DNA from: Actinopolymorpha pittospori
GTDB lineage: Bacteria; Actinomycetota; Actinomycetes; Propionibacteriales; Actinopolymorphaceae
NCBI RefSeq assembly: GCF_014873875.1
Contig: NZ_JADBEM010000001.1
Coordinates: 10,198,717-10,222,716 of the forward strand
Direction of reading: 5' to 3'
Length of the DNA: 24,000 nucleotides
How positions within the stretch are numbered: position 1 is the stretch's first letter; every line of letters starts with the position of its first letter. Below, piece after piece: positions 1 through 9,130 of the stretch. A program made the translations under genes and the position numbers. The notes beneath the pieces are model-generated. The model ran no database searches and had not been told where the DNA came from. It saw nothing but the letters and a program-made list of their open reading frames with translations.

Positions 1-1282
1 ACCGCCACCGCGGAGCTGAGGAGGATCGTCGTCGGCGCGACGAGTGCGTACAACACGACGTACCTCATCTCGCCGAAGCCGAGTCGCTTACGGAGGTACT
101 CAGGCGTACGACCGACCATCAGTCCACCGATGAACACCGAGACGAGGACGGCGATCAGCAGGCCGTACAGGCCACTGCCCGTGCCGCCGGGCGCGATCTC
201 GCCGAGCATCATCGCCGACAGCAACACGGCGCCGCCGAAGCTGGAGAAGCTGTCGTAGGAGGAGTTGACCGCGCCGTCCGCGGTGGCGGTGGCGGACACG
301 CCGAACAGTGTGCTGCCAGGGATGCCGATCCGCGTCTCGGTGCCTTCCACCTGACCCCCGACGGCCTCGGTGACCGTACCGTTGTGCGCGCTCTGCGCGA
401 GGTTGGCGGCGAGCAGCAGCAGGCCGAAGAGGATGCCGACGATGGCGAGCAACGTCCACCCCTGCTTGAGACTTCCGATCAGCCGGCCGTAGGTGCGCAG
501 GAACGCCGTCGGGATGAGCAGCATGAGCACGATCTCGACGGTGTTCGACCAGGCCGAGGGGTTCTCGAACGGGTGAGCGCTGCTGACGTTGAAGAATCCA
601 CCGCCGTCGCCGGACATCAGCTTGATCGACTCCCACGATCCCACCGGACCGCCGATGAGCGTCTGCTGACCTCCCGCCAGGGTGCTCACGGTGTGGGCTC
701 CGGCGAGGTTCTGCTGGACACCGAGCGCGATCAGACGAGCCCGGAGACGACCGCGATAGGGACCAGGATCCGCAGGATGGTGCGGATCAGATCGACCCAG
801 AAGTTACCGAGTTGGTCGGTGCTGCGACGGACGAAGCCACGCACCAGCGCGAGCGCGACGCAGATGCCGACGGCGGCGGAGGCGAACGCCTGGGTGCCGA
901 GCCCCGCCATCACCGCGAGATGGCCCGTCGTCGACTCACCCGCGTAGTTCTGCCAACTGGTGTTGGTGGTGAAGCTGACCGCTGTGTGCAGGGCCAGCCG
1001 CCACGGCATCCCCTCGTGCCCGAGCGACCAGGGAAGTTTGTCCTGGAAGGTGAACAGGGCGAAGAGCGCCGCGATGCTCGCGAAGGTGAACGCGAGCAGC
1101 GCGAGCAGGTAGTGGCGCCAGTCCTGTTCCTTGTCCGGATCGACGCCGCACACCCGGTAGATCGCGGTCTCGACCCTGAGGTGACGCGCACCGTCGAGGG
1201 CCCTGGCCATGTAGTCACCGAGCGGGACGTGCAGAGCCACGACAAGGGTGACGACGAACAGCGCCTGGATCAGGCCGTACAT
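1..1282 (-). pseudogene. kdpA: K+-transporting ATPase subunit A (KdpA). The reading frame is broken once near 731-735 and the 3' end runs off the window start.
   Basis: ORF 731..1282 is a KdpA N-terminus (MYGLIQALF...AVSFTTNTSWQNYAGESTTGHL...GNFWVDLIRTILRILVPIAVVSGLV*). I hand-translated the minus strand from 728 to 1 in the neighbouring frame. It is open throughout and continues KdpA (LIALGVQQNLAG...GGFFNVSSAHPFENPS...GGLMVGRTPEYLRKRLGFGEM...). A GGGAG Shine-Dalgarno motif lies upstream of the ATG at 1282. Confidence 0.85.
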
Positions 1283-1283
1283 C

Positions 1284-2186
1284 TCATGCTCCCTGCACGG
1301 GGTGGGTGCGGTCGAGGGCGATGTTCAGCTCGAGCACGTTGACGCTCGGTGCTCCGAGGAAGCCCAGCGCACGGCCGGTGGTGTAGGTGTCGACCAACGC
1401 GAGAACGGTCCGCTCGCTGATGCCGCGTTCGCGTGCGACGCGTGCGACCTGCAGCCTGGCATAGGCCGGGCTGATGTGCGGGTCCAGACCGCTTCCGCTG
1501 GCGGTGACCGCGTCGGCGGGAACCTTCGGGTCGGCGGGTGCGTCGCCTCGGATCGGCGTGACCACCGCCTGGTGGTAGTCCGCTCCTGGTTGCGCGCACT
1601 GGACCGTGACACCTTCGTAGGTGCGGACGAACGGGCGCGCCGGGCATGCCTGGTTGAGGCTGACCACCCGCCGGGCGGTGCCGGTCAGGCCGTCGGCGCG
1701 GAAGACGCCGAGGACGGCTCCCACACCGTCCGGCGTACAGAAGGGGCGGCGCCCGTCGACGCGCTCGAGTTCTCCGACCTGCCGGCTCAGCGCGCACACC
1801 TGCGTGAGCAGGCTCTGCTTGCCCGAGTCAGGATCATCCGCGCCGGGCAGGGTGTCGACGACGCTTTCCGGACCGAGGTTGCCCGCTGCCGAGGCGGCGG
1901 CGTCGTACCCGTCGCCCGCGTTGGACGGCCGCGGCTGGAAGTAGGCGCGCACGGCTTGTCCGTCGGCGTCGCTGAACGACTGACCGATCAGCGAACTTCC
2001 GACCTGCCTGCCGTCGGGACCGTCCACCCGCGATCCCTGGGCCCTGGAGCGCAGCCCCGGCACCTGCGCGACGGCGGTCATCGCGAGCGGGTAGGCCAGG
2101 CCCACCACCACGGTGATCACCACGACAACCCGGACCGCCGCCAACAACTGGCGGAGCCAGGAGGACTCCACAGACAGACGAGACAT
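1284..2186 (-). CDS. kdpC: K+-transporting ATPase subunit C (KdpC)
   Basis: The internal Met of ORF 1284..2279 gives [34 protein letters not shown]... (N-terminal TM helix). The C-terminal signature is [25 protein letters not shown]...[11 protein letters not shown], typical of KdpC. The ATG at 2186 lies 2 nt after the kdpB stop. Confidence 0.9.
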   Translation of the reverse strand: MSRLSVESSWLRQLLAAVRVVVVITVVVGLAYPLAMTAVAQVPGLRSRAQGSRVDGPDGRQVGSSLIGQSFSDADGQAVRAYFQPRPSNAGDGYDAAASAAGNLGPESVVDTLPGADDPDSGKQSLLTQVCALSRQVGELERVDGRRPFCTPDGVGAVLGVFRADGLTGTARRVVSLNQACPARPFVRTYEGVTVQCAQPGADYHQAVVTPIRGDAPADPKVPADAVTASGSGLDPHISPAYARLQVARVARERGISERTVLALVDTYTTGRALGFLGAPSVNVLELNIALDRTHPVQGA

Positions 2187-2188
2187 GG

Positions 2189-4357
2189 TCAGATCCCGGG
2201 GATGAACGAGACGATGGCGACGTCGATGAACTTGATCGCGAGGAACGGCACGACCAGCCCGCCCAGGCCGTACACCCACAGGTTCCTGGTGAGCAGGTCG
2301 GACGCGCCGCTCGGCCGATACAGCACCCCTCGCAGGGCAAGCGGATCAGCGCGACGATGACGACCGCGTTGAAGATGACGGCGGACAGGATCGCCGACGT
2401 CGGAGAGTGCAACTGCATGATGTTGACGTTCCGCAGCGACGGGTAGACGCCGCCGAACATCGCGGGAAGGATCGCGAAGTACTTCGCGATGTCGTTGGCG
2501 ATCGAGAAGGTCGTCAACGCTCCACGAGTGATCAGGAGCTGCTTTCCGATCTCGACGATGTCCATGATCTTCGTCGGGTCGGAGTCGAGGTCGACCATGT
2601 TGCCGGCCTCCTTGGCGGCCGACGTCCCCGTACTCATCGCCACGCCGACGTCGGCCTGCGCCAGAGCCGGCGCGTCGTTCGTGCCGTCCCCGGTCATCGC
2701 GATCAGGTGGCCGTCGGCCTGCTCGCGCCGGATGAGGGCCAGCTTGTCCTCGGGGGTCGCCTCCGCGACGAAGTCGTCCACGCCGGCCTCGGCGGCGATC
2801 GCCTTCGCGGTCACCGGGTTGTCACCGGTCACCATGACGGTACGGATACCCATCCGCCGCATCTCACCGAAACGCGCCGCCAAGCCTGGCTTGACGACAT
2901 CCTTGAGGTGGATGACGCCCAGCACCCGGGCCGGCTGGTCGTCGACCCGCTCGGCCACCACCAGCGGCGTTCCGCCGGCCGCCGACACCCCTTCGACAAG
3001 CGGAGCCAGGGTCGCGGGGACTGTTCCACGACCGCCCTCCACCCAGTCGGCGACGGCGGTCGCGGCACCCTTGCGGAGTTGGTGTCCCTCCGGCAGGTCG
3101 ACGCCCGACATGCGAGTGGTGGCGCTGAAGGCCACCCAGAGGGCCCCCGGCAGGTTCGTGCCCTCTCCCGACGACGGCGTGCCACGGTGCGCGAGGTCGA
3201 CGATCGAACGGCCCTCCGGCGTCTCGTCCGCGAGGCTGGACCGAAGCGCCGCGTCCGCGAGCCGCTCCGGGGCGACCCCGTCGACGAGGAGGAACTCCAC
3301 CGCCTGCCGGTTGCCGTAGGTGATGGTTCCGGTCTTGTCCAGGAGCAGGGTGTTGACATCGCCGGCCGCCTCGACCGCTCGCCCGGACATCGCGAGAACG
3401 TTCCGTTGAACCAGCCGGTCCATGCCCGCGATACCGATAGCCGAGAGCAACCCACCGATCGTCGTCGGGATCAGGCAGACCAACAGGGACACCAGGACGA
3501 TGCCGGTGACCCCGTCGGAGGTCAACGCCTCGGTGTCCCGCGCCGCTCCCATGAAGGCCTTGGAGAAGATCGCCATCGGCTGGACGGTGACCACCGCGAC
3601 CAGGAAGACGAAGGTCAGCATGACCAGCAGCAGGTTGAGGGCGAGTTCGTTCGGCGTCTTCTTGCGGTTGGCGCCTTCGACGAGGGCGATCATCCGGTCC
3701 AGGAAGCTCGCCCCTGGTTCCTGCGTGATGCGTACGACGATCCGGTCGGACAGCACCTTCGTACCGCCGGTCACCGGACCGATCGCCGCCCGACTCACGA
3801 ATCACCGGGGCGGACTCGCCGCTGATCGCCGACTCGTCGACGCTGGCCACTCCCTCCACGACGTCACCGTCGCCCGGGATGAGTTCGCCGGCCGTGACCA
3901 GCACCAGGTCGCCGCGACGCAGGTCGATCGCCGGAACCGTCTCCTCGGCAAGGTCCGACGGCGCGAGGCCTGGCTGCCAGTTGCCGACTCTGCGTCCACT
4001 GGTCTGCTGGCGCGTACGCCGAAGCGTGTCCGCCTGCGCCTTCCCACGGCTCTCGGCGACCGCCTCGGCGAGGTTGGCGAAGACCACGGTCAGCCACAGC
4101 CACGCGGTGATCAGCCACCCGAACACGCTCGGGTGCACGATGGCGAGGCACGTGGTCAACGCCGCCCCGATCTCGGTGACGAACATGACCGGGTTGCGGA
4201 TCATGGTGACGGGGTTGAGCTTGCGCAGCGCGGCCGGCAGGGCAAGCCACAGTTGACGCGGATCCAGCAGGCCCGCACCGACGCGGTGCGGGCGCTCCGG
4301 TCCCGGCGAGTGGTCGGCCTGGTCGGGCGCGGGCCTCACGGGCGCTGTGGCGCTCAT
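2189..4357 (-). pseudogene. kdpB: K+-transporting P-type ATPase subunit B (KdpB), split over three frame segments by two compensating 1-nt indels
   Basis: The N-terminal segment is in ORF 2864..4357 (MSATAP...[13 protein letters not shown]). The middle segment is in ORF 1834..3798 ([12 protein letters not shown]...[14 protein letters not shown]...[10 protein letters not shown]...[18 protein letters not shown]...[14 protein letters not shown]). The C-terminal segment is hand-translated in the first frame again ([50 protein letters not shown], stop 2189-2191). Total length is 2169 nt, which is 723 codons. Confidence 0.88.
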
Positions 4358-4446
4358 CAGAACCGCTCCGGGACGATGAGGGCGGACAGCAGGTAGCCGG
4401 CCAGGACCACGGCGACAACGAGTGCGGCGACGTTTTCGAGAGTCAC
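4357..4446 (-). CDS. kdpF: K+-transporting ATPase subunit F (KdpF), 29 aa
   Basis: The last 29 codons of ORF 4357..4887 read VTLENVAALVVAVVLAGYLLSALIVPERF*, a single TM helix of KdpF size. The start is GTG with a GAGG motif 6 nt upstream. The stop overlaps the kdpB ATG (ATGA). Confidence 0.7.
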   Translation of the reverse strand: MTLENVAALVVAVVLAGYLLSALIVPERF

Positions 4447-4530
4447 CAGAACCTCACAGTTACGGGCCAGGTGGGGTTGGCCGGGTTCGGCGCGACGTCG
4501 CGCGAACTCCTGACGCCAGAGGTGGTGCGA

Positions 4531-4548
4531 CCGGCCGTCTCCGGCCGG
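4531..4548 (-). terminator. GC-rich hairpin 6 nt downstream of the SAV_915-like stop; possible factor-independent terminator or insulator ahead of the kdp promoter region
   Basis: CCGGCCG-TCTC-CGGCCGG forms a perfect 7-bp stem with a 4-nt loop. No U-tract follows. Confidence 0.35.
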
Positions 4549-4553
4549 GAGAA

Positions 4554-4979
4554 TCAGGACCCGTACGCCCCGACGCGGCCGGCGCTCGCCCACTCGGGCT
4601 CGCCCGGCTGGCAGGAGGCGGAGGGGCTGTTCTTGGCCCGCGCCGCGCGACTCGGATCGGGGGCGGTCGCGGCGCTCCGTCCGGAGGCCTTCACTCCGGG
4701 GGCGGCGAACTGTGGGTCCACGGTGACCGTGGCCACGCCCAGTGGTTCGACCATGGCGCGCATCGCGGGCTCGGCGAGCCTGATCCAGGCCTGGTTCTGA
4801 CCGAGCAGGGCGACGAGGCGCTCCTGGGTGGTGAATCCGACGGCGGTACGACGGCCCAGCGGCGTACGGAAGAGTCGGATCGCACACGAGGCTGAACCCG
4901 ACCGGACGGGAACGAAGAGCGGCCCGGCCGGGCGCAGTTCCGATGGGTCCGGGTCGTCACTGAGCGTGGCGTCGGTCAT
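4554..4979 (-). CDS. SAV_915-family / SseB-N-terminal-like small protein
   Basis: The translation MTDATLSDDPDPSELRPAGPLFVPVRSG...IRLFRTPLGRRTAVGFTTQERLVALLGQNQAWIRLAEPAMRAMVEPLGVATVTVDP matches my memory of the actinobacterial SAV_915 family pattern. A GAGGAG Shine-Dalgarno motif lies about 9 nt upstream of the ATG. Confidence 0.55.
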   Translation of the reverse strand: MTDATLSDDPDPSELRPAGPLFVPVRSGSASCAIRLFRTPLGRRTAVGFTTQERLVALLGQNQAWIRLAEPAMRAMVEPLGVATVTVDPQFAAPGVKASGRSAATAPDPSRAARAKNSPSASCQPGEPEWASAGRVGAYGS

Positions 4980-5174
4980 GACATGTTCTCCTCAGGTAGC
5001 CGAACCCGCCGTCTTCGGCGGGCGCTCCATGACCGTAGAACCGCCGCCCCGACGTGACGCCGACGTTGATACGGCGTTGACGGGCCCGACCGAACCATTG
5101 ACGGGTTGCTAAGACGGAGCACACTTGCCTAGGACCGAAACGAGGTTGATCAGCTGGGCTGGACGGCGCCAGAG

Positions 5175-5670
5175 GTGAAGTGGGCGGACGAGCCCTTCAC
5201 CGGGAATGAGCGCGCGACTCTGGAGGGCTTCCTCGAACGGGGCCGGTCCACCCTCCTCCACAAGTGCGCCGGCCTCACCGCCGAGCAGCTGGCACTTCGG
5301 ACGGTGTCACCCTCGTCGCTGTCACTGCTCGGCCTGATCCGACACGTCACCGACGTGGAGCGAACCTGGTTCCCTCGACGATTCGCGGGTCGGGACGTCC
5401 CGAGCATCTACGGTCGCCCCGACACCCCGAACGCCGCCTTCGATGACGTGGACTCCCCTCACGCCGAAGCGGCGTACCACCTGCTGGTCCGGGAGTGGGA
5501 GGTGTCGTGAGGCGGTCCGCGACCGGTCGCTCGAGGAGACGTTCTCCCATCCCCGCTACGGGCCGATGTCCCTGCGCTGGATCATGTGCCACATGTGTTC
5601 GGAGTACGACCGCCACAACGGCCACGCCGACCTACTTCGCGAACGCATCGACGGCCGCACCGGTAGTTGA
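5175..5670 (+). pseudogene. DinB-fold DUF664 (mycothiol-transferase-like) protein interrupted by a 1-nt insertion near 5501-5502
   Basis: ORF 5175..5510 (EPFTGNERATLEGFLERGRSTLLHKCAGLTAEQLALRTVSPSSLSLLGLIRHVTDVERTWF...LLVREWEVS*) continues in the +1 frame of ORF 5443..5670 (CREAVRDRSLEETFSHPRYGPMSLRWIMCHMCSEYDRHNGHADLLRERIDGRTGS*). Joined, the two give a typical full-length DUF664 protein. Confidence 0.78.
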
Positions 5671-5859
5671 ACGCTGCCTCGACGCCTCGTGTGTGGGTCC
5701 GCGACTGGCACCAGCCCTGACGCCGTCGGTGGTCACGACCAGGCCTGGCCGTCCACCGGTATGGTCGTCCGGGTGTGTCGCCCGGACGTTCGGAGCGACT
5801 CCCGGCGAGACCCGCGACACCCAAGCGTTCGACGTTCAGCCATACGACTGGGAGGTTTC

Positions 5860-6429
5860 GTGAACCGAGGCTTGCTCCTCAACGGAGTCAACGGCGTCGG
5901 AAAGTCCACCATGATCGGCGCGATCGGAGGGGTCCTGACATCGGCAGGCCTTGTCACCGCGGTCGTCGACACGGACGACCTCGCCCAGTTCGGCCCACCA
6001 CCACCAAGCGGATCGGCCCTGCGTAACGGGTTCTACGACCGGTTGAAGTGCGCGAACCTCGCCGCCGTCTGGCCGAACTACCGGGCGCTCGGCGCCGAGT
6101 ACATCGTCGTCTCGACCGGCATCGACAGCGCGGCCATGCGAGACGAGTTCGCCAACAGCCTCGGCGACTGCGAGGTTCAGCTGGTCCGGCTCGTTGCCCC
6201 CACGGAGCTCGTGCGCGCACGCCTTCGTGGCAGGGACACGGGCGCGCTCCTCGACAGGCAACTGGCACAGCTGACCGAACAGGAGGCGCTGCTCGACGCC
6301 GCGGGCCTCGAGGACTTCACGGTGGTCAACGATGTCCGGCCGATTCCGGAAGTCGCGCGCGAGATCGTCGTCCGCGCCGGCTGGATCCAACCGGTCGGCG
6401 AGAGCGAGTACGCCAACGCGAGCAGGTGA
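5860..6429 (+). CDS. P-loop NTPase / small-molecule-kinase-like protein
   Basis: A GTG preceded by GGAGG gives VNRGLLLNGVNGVGKSTMIGAIGG (Walker A, GxxGxGKS). The part of ORF 5689..6429 upstream of this start is Arg/Pro-rich and non-coding-looking. Confidence 0.7.
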   Translation: MNRGLLLNGVNGVGKSTMIGAIGGVLTSAGLVTAVVDTDDLAQFGPPPPSGSALRNGFYDRLKCANLAAVWPNYRALGAEYIVVSTGIDSAAMRDEFANSLGDCEVQLVRLVAPTELVRARLRGRDTGALLDRQLAQLTEQEALLDAAGLEDFTVVNDVRPIPEVAREIVVRAGWIQPVGESEYANASR

Positions 6430-6544
6430 TCGCGCGCCCCGGCCAAGCGGTAGGCGGGGCCGCGCCCCAGGGGTCTTTGGGTGCGGACGTCGCCACAGCC
6501 GGCTCAGAGGCGAGTCCGCCCGTCTGCGGCGTTGGCAGCTTCGG

Positions 6545-7501
6545 TCATGAGGCCGGGGCCCGTTCGCGGATCTCCACCGCCGTCTCGAGCATCTGCTGGG
6601 TGTTGGTGAACGAGTCCTGCAGATTCAGATCCAGGATGAGCTCGTTCGCGCCCGCCTCTGCGGCCGTGTGGATGTCCTCCATGATCTGGTCGAGCGTGCC
6701 GATGAACGCCGACCGGTCAGGTCCTGCCAGACGGTCGGTGAAGGTGATGTTTCCCACCACGACCATCTCCATCCGGCTCGCGTCCCGGCCGTACTCGGAA
6801 GCCATCTCCCGGATGCGGTCCCAGTTCGCGTGCAGTTCCGCGGCTCCGGCCGGCCCGGGTGTGGTGAGGAGCGGCAACCAGCCGTCCGCACGTTTGGCGA
6901 CACGCTCCATGGCCTTGGGACTGCCACTGCGGCCCAGGTTGGCGGCACCGCCTGCGAGCATCACGGGGATCTTCGAAACGGGCTTGGGCAGGACCGCCGC
7001 ATTGTTGATGATCACGCGAGGACTCCGGAAGTTCACCAGGTCCGGCCCCCACACGGCCTCGAACACGTCCAGCGTCTCGTCGAGGAAGCGGCCGCGATCC
7101 GCTCGGGTGGCGCCGGCCGCCTGGAGTCCGTCGGTGGCCCAGCCTGCGCCCATACCCGCGACCACACGCCCACCGCTGATCTGGTCGATCGTGGCCAGCT
7201 GCTTCGCCAGCTGGAGGGGTGTATGGAGAGCGGCGATCAGAACGGCGGTACCGAGGCGGACCTGTTCGGTCACCACCGCTGCCGCCGTGAGGACTGCCAG
7301 GGGGTCGGCGGTCTGCCGCCCGCTTTCCGGCCACGGCACGTTCGGCGGAGCATACGGTTCGATGGGCGTCTCGGCGAAGAGGAGCTGTTCATACGTCCAC
7401 AAACTGGAGTATCCGGCCGCTTCGGCCGTTTTGGCTGCTTCGACCAGGTCGTGTTGCAGGTCGACCCTCAGTCTCTGGGGCAGCCGAAGTCCGAGTTTCA
7501 T
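6545..7501 (-). CDS. LLM-class (luciferase-like) F420-dependent oxidoreductase
   Basis: The 318-aa ORF begins MKLGLRLPQ... and contains AGYSSLWTYEQLLF, VRLGTAVLIAALHTPLQLAKQLATIDQISGGRVVAGMGAGW and a C-terminal LILDLN motif, all typical of TIGR03619/LLM proteins. A GGAGG Shine-Dalgarno motif is present. Confidence 0.85.
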   Translation of the reverse strand: MKLGLRLPQRLRVDLQHDLVEAAKTAEAAGYSSLWTYEQLLFAETPIEPYAPPNVPWPESGRQTADPLAVLTAAAVVTEQVRLGTAVLIAALHTPLQLAKQLATIDQISGGRVVAGMGAGWATDGLQAAGATRADRGRFLDETLDVFEAVWGPDLVNFRSPRVIINNAAVLPKPVSKIPVMLAGGAANLGRSGSPKAMERVAKRADGWLPLLTTPGPAGAAELHANWDRIREMASEYGRDASRMEMVVVGNITFTDRLAGPDRSAFIGTLDQIMEDIHTAAEAGANELILDLNLQDSFTNTQQMLETAVEIRERAPAS

Positions 7502-7572
7502 CTGGAGCCTCCGATGTGGTCGTGATTGTCGTGGCCGCCACAGCAGCCGCTCTCGTCACCTCGGGTGCGAGC

Positions 7573-7603
7573 CTTGAACACTCACACAGATGTGAAGGTC
7601 AAG
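7573..7603. promoter_or_regulatory. Imperfect nested palindrome in the LLM/MerR divergent intergenic region; candidate MerR operator
   Basis: The outer arms are CTTGAAC...GGTCAAG (6/7 complementary). They enclose TCACA-N4-TGTGA. A TAGGGT -10-like hexamer at 7607-7612 ends 7 nt before the merR ATG, so the mRNA may be leaderless. Confidence 0.3.
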
Positions 7604-7619
7604 TCGTAGGGTTGAGCAG

Positions 7620-8012
7620 ATGAGAATTGGAGACCTCGCGGAACGTACGGGCGTGTCCCGTCGGCTGCTGCGCTACTACGAGGAGCAGGGAATGCTCACA
7701 CCCAGCCGCGCCTTCAACGGATACCGCGAATACGAAGATTCACACGTGGACATCGTGGTGCAGATCAAGGGACTGCTCGACGCCGGACTACCGACGCGCA
7801 TCATCCAGCAGCTCCTGCCGTGCCTGGACAAGCAGCAGACGATCTACGCCACCGACGTGACACCCGAAATGATCGCCACACTGCAACGTGAACAAGCTCG
7901 ACTGTCCGAACGCATCGAGTGCCTGACCCGCAACAGGGACGCAATGGCCGACTATCTCGACACGGTTCTCAGCGTCAGGTCAGCGAACACCGAGACCACG
8001 GCGACATCATGA
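7620..8012 (+). CDS. MerR-family transcriptional regulator
   Basis: MRIGDLAERTGVSRRLLRYYEEQGMLTPSRAFNGYREY is the canonical MerR HTH. A coiled-coil dimerisation helix follows. Confidence 0.9.
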   Translation: MRIGDLAERTGVSRRLLRYYEEQGMLTPSRAFNGYREYEDSHVDIVVQIKGLLDAGLPTRIIQQLLPCLDKQQTIYATDVTPEMIATLQREQARLSERIECLTRNRDAMADYLDTVLSVRSANTETTATS

Positions 8013-8560
8013 CAGACCCTAACCACACAGCATCAACGTTCAGGCACGCCGCCGTTCGCATCGTCGAGTACGACCCGACCTGGCCGACGCGCTACGCCGA
8101 AGAAGCCACACTGCTCACCGAGACACTCGGTTCTCGGCTCCTGCGCGTGGAGCACGTGGGCAGCACGTCCGTGCCCGGCATGCCGGCGAAGCCGATCATC
8201 GACATCCTGGCCGCCGTCGCTGGGTACGACGATTTCCCGACGGTGGTAACTGACCTGGAAAAGATCGGCTACCTCTACACGCCCGAGTCCGAGTCCGACG
8301 ATCCGGATCGACGTGTCTTTCGCAAGGGGCCGGACGACATGACCCGACTCCGGACCCACCACCTGCACGTCACCGAAGCGGGTAGCCCCTACTGGCAGCG
8401 CATCGTGGCGTTCCGCGACCACCTCAGACGAACCCCCGAGGTGGCAACCGCCTACGCGGACCTCAAGAAGGGCCTTGCCGCCGAGCACGCGCGGGAACCG
8501 CGCAGCTACACGGCGGGCAAGCACGACTTCGTCACCACGGTCGAAAGGATCACTTCGTGA
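8009..8560 (+). CDS. GrpB-family (UPF0157) protein
   Basis: The internal Met of ORF 7919..8560 gives MTDPNHT...VRIVEYDPTWPTRYAEEATLL...VEHVGSTSVPGMPAKPIIDIL...HHLHV...FRDHLRRTPEVATAYADLK, the GrpB signature. Its ATG overlaps the merR stop (ATGA). Confidence 0.85.
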   Translation: MTDPNHTASTFRHAAVRIVEYDPTWPTRYAEEATLLTETLGSRLLRVEHVGSTSVPGMPAKPIIDILAAVAGYDDFPTVVTDLEKIGYLYTPESESDDPDRRVFRKGPDDMTRLRTHHLHVTEAGSPYWQRIVAFRDHLRRTPEVATAYADLKKGLAAEHAREPRSYTAGKHDFVTTVERITS

Positions 8561-8625
8561 CAATGGGGCGGTTTGAGGGATACCGGCAACGCGCGGTTGG
8601 CGGCTCAGCTCAGTAGGTTCGGCGC

Positions 8626-9078
8626 ATGGACATCCGAGTCGAACCACTTCACGAGGCGACGGACGAGGCGGTCGAGGCGTTCGGACGCCTGCTGCCACAG
8701 CTCTCCTCGTCCGCGACCCCGCTGAGTCACGACGCCCTGGCCACGATCCTGGCCTGCCCCACGAACACCGTGCTCGTCGCCCGAACCGACGATCGGATCG
8801 TCGGCGCGCTGACCCTCGTCATGATCCCGATTCCGACCGGGACACGCGCCTGGATCGAGGACGTCATCGTCGACAACGACGCGCGAGGGCTCGGCCTGGG
8901 TTCGACTCTCACCACGGAGGCGATCCGCGTGGCGCTGGAGTCCGGGGCCAGGACGGTCGACCTCACGTCGCGCCCCTCGCGCGTCGCGGCGAACCGGCTG
9001 TACGAGAAGGTCGGCTTCAAGCGTCGGGAGACCAACGTCTACCGGTTCGAGGTGGCCGACCGTTCGGCCCAGACCTGA
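8626..9078 (+). CDS. GNAT-family N-acetyltransferase
   Basis: The 150-aa ORF contains WIEDVIVDNDARGLGLGSTLTTEAI (acetyl-CoA-binding Q/RxxGxG/A motif) and ANRLYEKVGFK. Confidence 0.85.
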   Translation: MDIRVEPLHEATDEAVEAFGRLLPQLSSSATPLSHDALATILACPTNTVLVARTDDRIVGALTLVMIPIPTGTRAWIEDVIVDNDARGLGLGSTLTTEAIRVALESGARTVDLTSRPSRVAANRLYEKVGFKRRETNVYRFEVADRSAQT

Positions 9079-9130
9079 TCGGTACGGCGGACGCGAGGTT
9101 GTGGAGGTTCCCGGCGCCTGACAGGATCGC

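Noticed and set aside
2407-3825. A 472-aa plus-strand ORF, plus several other long ORFs across 1248-4418 on both strands
   Set aside because: They overlap kdpB and kdpC, whose identities are unambiguous. The alternative frames give Arg/Gly/Asp-rich low-complexity sequence.
4447-4887. The upstream 147 codons of ORF 4357..4887
   Set aside because: Only the last 29 codons (kdpF) look genuine. The rest overlaps the SAV_915-like gene's frame and region and is Arg/Pro-rich.
5005-5105. The hairpin CCCGCCG-TCTT-CGGCGGG (5005-5022) and two TTGACGGG direct repeats (5077, 5098) in the divergent intergenic region
   Set aside because: The hairpin lies in a 5' leader and is not downstream of any gene. 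The repeats are short -35-like strings. This is insufficient evidence for a riboswitch or operator, and they may simply be promoters of the divergent genes.
6048-7577. A 509-aa plus-strand ORF
   Set aside because: It lies antisense to the intact LLM oxidoreductase. Its translation is Arg/Ser/Ala-rich nonsense with no recognisable domain.
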